NCBI RefSeq assembly: GCF_009914755.1 | Contig: NC_060926.1 | DNA length: 64,000 nucleotides | Origin: the human T2T-CHM13v2.0 reference genome, Homo sapiens | Strand: one strand, 5' to 3' | Part shown: positions 55,071 through 64,000 of the stretch, in pieces | Numbering within the stretch: the stretch's first letter is position 1 | Layout: every line of letters starts with the position of its first letter | Notes under the pieces: model-generated | Told to the model about the DNA's origin: nothing | Databases searched by the model: none | What the model saw: only the letters and a program-made list of their open reading frames with translations | Made by a program: the position numbers and the translations under genes

Positions 55071-56754
55071 AATGCCTCATTTTAATACTTCTTTTAATAT
55101 TCCCTATGGGGAAAAAAAGAGATGAACAAAGCTCATTACAACTATGCTTTAACCATACTGTTTTGATCAATATAACTAATTTAAATAGCCTCATGGTAGG
55201 AGGCACACTCACATTTGTGTTGTTGGTTTTTATACCGAAGTACTATCACAATCACAACAACAAAAATGCTATCTGAGAAGACACATTTTTTCAAGTAATG
55301 GCAACTGACCTTCTATTTGAGATCAAAGCAGCAGGCCTATTTAGACCTCTGGCTCTGTCTTTAGGCCTCTCCTCTGCAGTTCACACTAAGAGCCAGGCTA
55401 AAGGGATCTGGATACAGCAACTCTGAGGTCAGTGCACCCAGCTGCTGCTATAAATTCTAGCTCTAGGGCACAAAATGTTTTTTCTCCTAGTTTCAGAGAA
55501 TTTCAATTCCTGCTTTCAATGTCTAGGCTGTGGTATTTAAGAAACAAAAGGAGGGAAAAGAAAAGAATAGTGGTTTATACAAATTATCCTTTTTAAAAGG
55601 ATATTTCCCCCATCCCAAGCCTGTTCAATTTGAGAAAACAGAGTTAATATTTGCTCTGCTAGTGCTTTCTACTCCCACTTTGGCAGAGAAAAAAGGTTTC
55701 TTTAGCTTAAATATTAACCAAACACTTCATAGCTATTCAAAAGTAGGTGCCCATGTTAAAAATAACAATAAAAAGTAATAAAATCCCAGAAAGCACAACT
55801 TGGGAATAAATAGAAACAGTAAAATCTGCTCTAAACCCTTTTTGCATATGTATCCCAAGGCCACCAGAATTACAATGCACTATAGAGTGTTCATAAAAAA
55901 TTCTAGTAAAGTATGATAGTCATGGTGGCCATCATAGAAAAGGCCACTCTTGGTCCTCTATCAGCAAATAAGCCATTCTCACCCAGGAGCGGCAGAGATG
56001 GCTTCCACCTGGCAGCCAAGGTTGCTGTGCAAACAGCATGAAAGCCCCTGTTCCATCCCTATGGAAACCTGGTATGGGGTGCCTGATCTGGCCATGCCAA
56101 GGCCAGAGTGAGCAGAGACTGTGAGTATGGGGTAAAATTGGAGCTACAATGGGAAAAAATGGTGAGGGATGATCTGGAGAAGGAAGAAAGAGCAGTGAGT
56201 TTGGCTTAGTTTTGCAAAGTGGATTAGAATTAGTACGAATTTCTTGTTAGAAATTTCCTAATATCTTACTCCCAAAATGATTTTCCTCCCTTTCGCCTCT
56301 TCACTGTATGACAGAAATCTGTATAAAATGAAGTAGAGTAGAGCAAAAACTGCATGAGCAGGAACAACCTAGTGAAGCAGGGCATCTAAGTTCTTCAAAC
56401 ACTCCTGTGGGCGACTGGAAGACAATGTGAGCTCACCCTTTTCCTGAGAAACATGGAGTGTTCTGTGACCCAAGGAATGCTGGTACTCTAAAAGGTCTCT
56501 AGTGGGTATTTAACAAATTGGGCCAATAGTTGGCCTGGCTTCTTGAAACTCTGCCATTCTCCTGACATCCTAGAGCTTCAGTCAGGTAGGCAGCTTCTGG
56601 GGCACTAGCGATGTGCAAAACATCTCCAATGAACACCCAAGTATTTTCTGCACATGAAGGCCCTCATCATAAATGACTGCCCCAGCCCTGTGCATCATGT
56701 TACTCTTGTACTATTATACTGACCTTGTACTAGACTTTCTTACATGAAATTTCT

Positions 56755-57290
56755 TTTTCTTTATTTTTTAACATAGTCATCAAAATTTTTACTTTACAAC
56801 TTGACTGTCGGGTTTTTTTTAATAACATATAAAATTTATAGTGTACAATGTGATATTTTGATGCATATATATATAGTGAAGTGATCACATAGTAAAGCCA
56901 TTTGACATATCCATTATCTCACATGGTTACTTGTGTGTGTGGTAAGAGTACCTAAAATCCACTCTTAGAAATTTTCTAACATACAAAATATATTAACTAC
57001 TGTCCTCATGCTGTACCTTAGATCTCTAGATATAGTCATCCTACATAATTACAACTTTCTACCTTTTGACAATATTGGCCTACATCTCCCCATATTCCCC
57101 TCTCTCCCACAGTCTGACAGCCACCTTTCTATTCTCTGTTTCTATATATTTGACATTTTAAAAAAGTCTACATATAAGAGAGATCATGCAGTATTTTTTT
57201 TCTGGCTTATTTCATTTAACGTAATGTCTTCCAGTCTCATCCATGTTGTTGCAAATGGTAGGATCTTCTTTTTAAAATCTGAATAATATT
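56755..57290 (-). mobile_element. L1MA (MA7-9-like) 3' end
   Basis: GTGTACAATGTGATATTTTGAT...CATCCATGTTGTTGCAAATGG. Confidence 0.85.
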
Positions 57291-57704
57291 CTTTATATGG
57301 AATTTCATTTTGGCTCCCCAAATAATTCCCTCCTATCCCAGCAATGAACACCAAAAGTCAAGGCCATAATGACTTCTTCATAAGAAGTCCCCCTGAAAGT
57401 AGAGCATTTCTTCACAGCACTCATTATTTTCCTTTTCAATGATTTGCTTTATAAAGCAACAAAGGAATGGAGATATTTTCTTTTAAAACATTTGTTTTAA
57501 CTATTGGTCTCTTCTGAACTTCAAACAGACTGTTAAGTTCCCTTTGCTTTAAAAGACACCAAAGGAAAGTAAACAATTCACAAAAATGGACCTAGTGCTC
57601 AATGTATTTAACTTGAGAAAGCATGTTTCCAGCTAAAAGAAATGCAAAAAGAATCCAAAGTTCCAAAACTGCACAATCTCTACAACTTTCCAAACTCTGA
57701 TTGA

Positions 57705-57915
57705 CTTGTATCTCTGTCTCCTTTTCTGTAACACCTCTTTCTCTAACTCTCTCTAATCACTGTTTCCATAGTCTCCCTCTTTCCCACCTGTCTTTTCTGC
57801 CTCTCTCATCTCTCCTGTTTCTCTCCTGTATGTAGCATCTCTGTCTCTGTCTCTCTCTGTTTCTGTACATTTGCGTACCTGTCTGTGTGCCTCTTTCATC
57901 TCTTTGTCTTTGGCT
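57705..57915. repeat. CT-rich low-complexity tract
   Basis: Degenerate (TCTG/TC)n. Confidence 0.75.
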
Positions 57916-58956
57916 CCCACCATAATACTTCCAGGGAACTAGAAAGCACTCATAAAATTTGTCATTTGCCTTATTTTGCAACTACATTGTATTAGTTTTC
58001 TTTTTAATATTTGCTTCAGGACAAGTTTGTCCCTGTGACAAGATTTAACAAATTAGACCATATCTCTAGTTCTGTCTCCAGTAGTCATGTCAATTGCAAC
58101 AAGTGAGGATTGTTTTTATTACGTGCTCCCACGACGGTATCTGCCATACATGTGAAGGACAGGGACAAGTTAGAAACCTGAGTGCACCATAGAATTTTAC
58201 AGTATATTTTTACGGAAATTCATCATTGTGTCCTGGGTTATACAAATACTATACCATTTCATTGGACAGCACAAGGTGCTTTTACATATATTAAGTAGCT
58301 TTTTACATATATTTTACACACACCACAATAAGTAGTTTTCTAAACTTTACATGGCTTATGATCATCCCCTGTTTTTCTGATGAAGAAAATGATGCTTGGG
58401 ATAAATAATTCTATGAAAAGCAAACATAGAAAACAAAGGCCATGATGAATACAGCACTACAAAAAATTTTCCCTAAATCAGGTATGTAATAACTAAACTG
58501 AGCAATATTGTCTGCCAAGAGGTCACACATCAGTGTCTCAAGGACCTTGGAAAAATTAATCAATTTCTGGCTTTAACCTATTCATTTTTTGCAAGTCCAC
58601 TGAACCCTCAGTGTTTACACCTCTAACCCATGAATAAGATAGAATAAAAGAAGTCAATGCTCTTTCAATATTTTTCAAGCCACCTGAAATCCCACTGGAG
58701 ACTATGAGATAAAAATATCTTCCTGGTGCCAAGAGTTCTTAAGTCCTTTTCTGATAATATATTTATCCATGTTTTACAAATGGCAAAATTGAAAAAAAAA
58801 AAAGGTGGGGAGTAAGGTGGGGTAAATAAAAGGTGGGGGAAAATAAAGTGATAACATTAAAACAGAAATGAGAATTTCACAAGTACCTACTGTATACATA
58901 CAAATTATACCTACTCTTATAACAGACAATACTCCCTCTTGAGGAGCTAAACTTAC

Positions 58957-58989
58957 CTGGTTTCCAGAGAGATTTCTATGCCCAAGGGT
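58957..58989 (-). other. Candidate 33-nt alternative exon (5' UTR or poison)
   Basis: The acceptor is tttcatgtttgtttag| and the donor is a perfect consensus CAG|gtaagt. Confidence 0.4.
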
Positions 58990-59569
58990 CTAAACAAACA
59001 TGAAACCATTGAGCTTTGACGTGAACTAGATGGAACATTAAAACTTGAAATGGTGCCTATCATAAAAATCATGTGACAAGAGTGCAAATCTCCCACGTCA
59101 CTCAATTTGATTACAGGCTACCAGCCACTATTCTGTCAATCTGAATGTGGATTCTTGGACATTTATAATCAACAGCTTAAATATACTTTCTGAAAAGAAG
59201 ATAAAAAGGAGAGAGAGTTCTAACATAGTTGAATTGAACATGAATCTCATTTTTACCTAGTAGTTATTCCCACACAAACTCTGAAAGAAAGGGGAACGGT
59301 AGCTTATAAAGATTAAAGAAATGTGGGAAATCAGTTACCTCGTCATTATAGTTAGTAAAGTGGCTCAGTAGTACAAATGAAATACAAACAGGCTAGGAAA
59401 GTCAAGATACCATTAGACAAAGGAGTTGCAAAATTAGCAAATTCTATTTGTCTTAATTCTGATACTTTTCTCTTTTTCTGAAATTCATTTGACCTGTTTT
59501 ATATTTTTGTCACATATTTCATAAGAAAGTTCCTTAAGATGTAAATGTGGGTCAGTTAGCAGTGCTTAC

Positions 59570-59850
59570 CTTTGTTTTTAAGGTTACAGTCCACGTTCAC
59601 GTCTGCATTTGAGCACTGTACGAGATGTTACATTTAAAAGTAAATAATTCCATCATCTCAACCTGGTGCTCCCGTGAAATGTGGTGCTAGGAAACAGCCG
59701 GCAGGCAGTGCTTCTGAACAAATCATACGTCCTGTAATTGCCGCTTAGCTCTAATTACTATTGAGGATCGTGTTTGCAACTTGATTCCAGGGAGAGGGCA
59801 GAAAACCTTCTGATGACACAGAACCAAATATATCCTAAAAGACTGACAAG
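59570..59850 (-). promoter_or_regulatory. ZNF385B: Candidate internal promoter / alternative non-coding first exon of ZNF385B (5' limit approximate)
   Basis: There is a strong donor AAG|gtaagc at 59570/59569 and a local cluster of retained CpGs in non-repeat sequence (59590-59775). An X-box-like GTTTCCTAGCACC is present. Confidence 0.6.
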
Positions 59851-61213
59851 TGACTTTCTTTCATGTAATTTTTCTGAGTATCCCCCAGCTACTCAAAAAC
59901 TACCACTCTGTCATAGTAAAATGGAAATAAAGCAAACTGACACCCACATCTCCCTCCTAACAAAACAATTCAATTCTCTCAAAATATCTACTTATCACAA
60001 CAGTTTGGAATTTTCAGTATCACTTATATGTCAAGGGATTATTCCCCCTCAGGTGGGCAACTAAATCTTTTAAAATTGCTTTTTATTTCAAAGAGAAATG
60101 TGTTCTCACAACAAACTTTATTTATATTCTGTTAGACTAGAATAATTTATTTGCATTCTATTAGGCCTGAAGAATTTGTTTCCTTTCCCATGGATTTTTA
60201 GGTTTTAAATAAAGATTCATATAGTTCAAAAAGACTAGGGCAGATGTCAATTTGATGTTGATAAAATTAATAGGGACGTGTATGCATCTCAACTCAAAAA
60301 CCTAATTTCAGTTATATAGGGTATTATGGTAAAATTGAAGTTATACAGGCTTGGAACTAAACTGATTTATTATTGCTCTCATATCTAATTAATTTAACTT
60401 TGCATCTAGTGGCATCTGACCATGTTGTCAGAATAAAGCATCTGATATATCCATGTTACACAGTGTGGCTATGACTGAATGGTTGTTTTGCTTATGCTAA
60501 GCTGATTGTCATTGATACTGATGAGTTAGCTTAGTGGGCATTTGAATGAATAAAAGAAACTTGAAATGACTGATGCTTGCAAATGTCAGGAAGGATTTTG
60601 CACCTTTGGTTGGGCAACTTAGCACATTTACTAACCACAGCCAACACTTTAGTGACGTACAGAAAAAATTATATTTATCCAAGTTCTGAGATTTAGTATA
60701 TCTGCTTATGTCAGATTTGCACAGTAACTATCAGGGACAGGTAAACCTAAGTGAATAATTAGATGCAGCAAAGAAAATGGTAATTATAAAACCAGCTCTT
60801 AGAAATGGTACATTTTTTCCAGTCTCAATCATCTAAGTTATGAATAATAACAAAATAATATTCTAAATGAAACATAGTATGCTAGCTCTATACTTACTTC
60901 CCCCCAAATAACAACTGGGCATTCCTTATGATTACAGTATAATTATAGTCATGGCTGTGGTTTTCACTCAAAAAAAAGTCTTCATCTATGATAGCTCTCC
61001 CCTAAGAAACCTCTGCTCTGTAGAGATTATGTTGATGGCCTCTTCAAAATATTTTTCTTTCATGAAGAAGTGTTTCATTCTTTCTTACCTGCTGTTGAAT
61101 CATGACTGATTCTTGGAGTATTTTTTCTAGAACATTTCCCGGTCTGGAATACTAGTGCATCCTTGAACTCCCAAGCTCTTTATTTGTACGTCTCACATAT
61201 TTTTAGTTTAGTT

Positions 61214-61401
61214 CAGTAGTACACAAAGTGTGGTCCTCAGACCAGCAGCATCAGCATCACCTGAGAACTTGTTAGAAAAGCAAATTCTGAGGCCTCACTC
61301 CAGATCTACAGAATCATAAACACTGGGGATGGGGCCCAGTAATCTGTGTTTTAGCCAGCCCCCTACATGACCTGAAACATGCTGATGTTTGAGAACCACT
61401 G
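61214..61401. mobile_element. MER5A (hAT-Charlie MITE)
   Basis: CAGTAG...ACCAGCAGCATCAGCATCACCTG...TTTGAGAACCACTG. Confidence 0.9.
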
Positions 61402-61949
61402 GTCCATAGTGCAGGTATGTACCAAGACCAGTGGGAGAATGGGATAAGGAACACTTAAGCCTCTACGGGGAAAACTACAGGAGAGACAGAGGCTCCACAG
61501 AGAGGTGACATTTAAATGGTTATCTAAAAAATGAGAAGAGCTTGGATGGATCCAAAGGAGGCACCAGGCATCTCTTACCTAGCTAAGTCATCACCTTGAG
61601 TTAGTTAATACAGCCCGCCCTCTCTATAAGACCTTACCCTATCAATCACCGTCTTTCTTTAGTCAGTCCATTCTTAAGGAAACAAAACTTGCTCCATTCT
61701 TGTTAGCCTCTTAGTCTACCAACTATTTGCTCTTACCTTTTAACTTCTTTTAGAGTAGCCTACCCTTCCTTTATTTTTTACTATCCCCTTACTTCATAAA
61801 CACTGTAATCTGGCTTATGATTTCTCCAGCAAAATAAAACTAGGGTTCTGAAGGCCTCTATCAGTCCTCCTTGACCTCTCTACCATTGGTAGAATATAAT
61901 CCCATTTCTAAATCACCTCTTTTCCAAGCTCAACTTTTGTATTTCTAAC

Positions 61950-63240
61950 CTTAACTTTTGCATTTTCCCTCCCACCTGTATCCCATTGGCACCTCAAGTT
62001 CAACTTGTACAAAATTAAACTACTTATCCCAGCCTCCCTGCCCCTATCCCCTCACCTCACTCCCTAAAGGATATTTCTTCTCTGCTGGTCTTTACTTCCT
62101 TACATGCAGACTCTAAAACTTGAAGCTGTATTTGACTTCTCCCTCTTCCTTGTCCCTGAATCCAGTTAGTAAGCTTTATGACATCTGTCACCTCCTTTCC
62201 TTTTTCATACCCATTGCCATTACCTTCATTTAGGTCCTTATTAGCTGTTCACAAGCATAATTCCTTAATCATTGTATTCACCTTGTAGTCAAATGAATTC
62301 TTAAGAAGAACAGCTCAAATCAATCATTATCCTACTCAAACATCTCCTGTGGCTTCTCTCAGTGAGTTACAGGCTCTGTAATACTATACACCTGTCTAAA
62401 TCTCTACTCGGCTACTTACCAGCTGGGAAACATGACATACATTAATTGACTTAGCCCCAATTTTCTCAGCTCACAAGTAGGAATAAAACAGTAATCATAT
62501 CTCATGAGGAGCTCTGAAGGAAATAATGCATGTAAATTCTTACTATGGTGGCTAGAACACTGAAGGATTTAGTGAATGGTGAGCATTATTATTACCATCA
62601 CCACAGAATCCAATTCAAATGCCGCAGTTCAGCATCCAACACCATCCTCAAACTTAAATGAAAATTGTTTTCTCACACTTTGTAAGATTTATTAAACCAA
62701 ATTCTCTCTCAAGGACAGGACCCACATCTTATTTGTCTTTTTGTCTCTGGCCCCTTAGGCAGTGCCTTACACTTCGTAGTTGCTCCAGAAATGTTCACTG
62801 CACGAAGCACTAGCTGGTTCTTGGACATACACACTTTATGCGTTCTATCACTTTTCTCATGCTGTCATGCCTCCCAGGATGCTCGTCCCTTTTTGTCTCC
62901 TTTTAAATTCTCTCGATTTTCAAGTGACATTTTAAATGCCATCTCTTCCACGAAGCCTTCCCTCTTTTTTCAGAAGAAAGCATTTTGATTTCCTCTGAAG
63001 CTGCAATGCATTTTATTCACATCTCCATTACAGTACTTAAGACTGTTGATAACCTGCAATGCATTTTATTTACATCTTCATTACAACACTTAAGAATGTT
63101 GATTGTGTATTACTTGTGCATGTGTCTTCTTCCCCAAAGAGCTCTAAGCTCTTCTGGCTTAGAGACCAGACTTAATTTACTGCTGTTTGTCTAGGGCCCT
63201 GCCCAGAGAAGGCACTTAATGAATGTGTTGAGTGAATGTA
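61950..63240 (+). mobile_element. Fragmented L2 with an inserted MIR (about 62365-62595)
   Basis: GGCACCTCAAGTTCAAC on the left and the L2 3' tail GCACTTAATGAATGTGTTGAGTGAATG. MIR-like CCACTT/ACTTACCAGCTG segment in between. Confidence 0.65.
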
Positions 63241-64000
63241 GGCGTAAGGGAATAGCATCTGTGTTTTTAATATAAGAACTGTGCTGCTGCATACTACCTG
63301 ATTAAAGGTTTTATTGCTCATTGATAATTATGATCATCTTCAAAGAGTACATGGATTATGAGAATTACAGAAACAAGTTTAAGACCTCTTATAAATGAAG
63401 TATGTTCCTAATTTTGGCTTTAAGTCAGTACTCTAGAATCCAGAAGCATTTTTCATGGAAATAATAATTCCTGGGATAGTCCTCAAAAGCTTAATTAACC
63501 TGCAGGACAGCTGTGTAAGATACAGCATTGCATTAGCAATAGCACCTCAATGCCAACCCTACTATAAGGGGTCTTGAAAAGGAGTCAATAGCCTATGAGT
63601 GTTTATGAGGATACTCAGTCTTCCTTGCAAAACATAAAGCCATGACTTTTGTTTTCTTTTTTATATTTTAAGACAAACTCAGAAAGCCATAACCTGAAGC
63701 CAACTTAGTTGTGTATTCGAATGGTTACTTTTCATTGCTAGGATGAACGTGACTTGGTTAAAGAATTAATTTATAACTGTTGATTATAAATTGTAAATGT
63801 AGAAAATGGAAGTCCTCTATAAAGTCCACATATTTGAATTTTTAGAACTCAGAAATAATTTTCTTTTTAATTTACAATTCTAAATTATAGTTTTCATGTC
63901 TTCACTTTGAATTAATTTTAAATGGACTATGGCTTCTGATTCTTCAGCTTCAGTTCCTTCATCCGAATCCCCCTGACAAATGCATAATGACTTGTTGACA

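Overview
This is AT-rich primate (most likely human or great ape) genomic DNA, lying within the minus-strand gene ZNF385B (matrin-type C2H2 zinc-finger protein). Two coding exons are clear: 42225-42083 (GSTCHTTTLPALV...FPNFNT) and 15912-15802 (MDPVQKAV...[11 protein letters not shown]). Both have canonical splice sites and join in frame. The rest is intronic and filled with Alu, L1, L2, MIR, MaLR/ERV1 LTR and hAT fossils, and almost all other entries in the ORF track are repeat-derived or chance. I found no support for a wholly new biological system. The most notable structures are: (1) a composite L1 insertion at 921-2600 with a twin-priming inversion, a ~480-bp 3' transduction, and a younger L1 nested inside it by homology without a TSD; (2) a 39-nt in-frame candidate cassette exon at 20194-20156; (3) a candidate internal promoter/first exon ending at 59570 that carries uORFs, plus a 33-nt candidate poison/UTR exon; (4) a MER41-type solo LTR with tandem GAS motifs; (5) two locally templated duplications. 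Gene and repeat subfamily names are from memory of known sequences, not from a database search.
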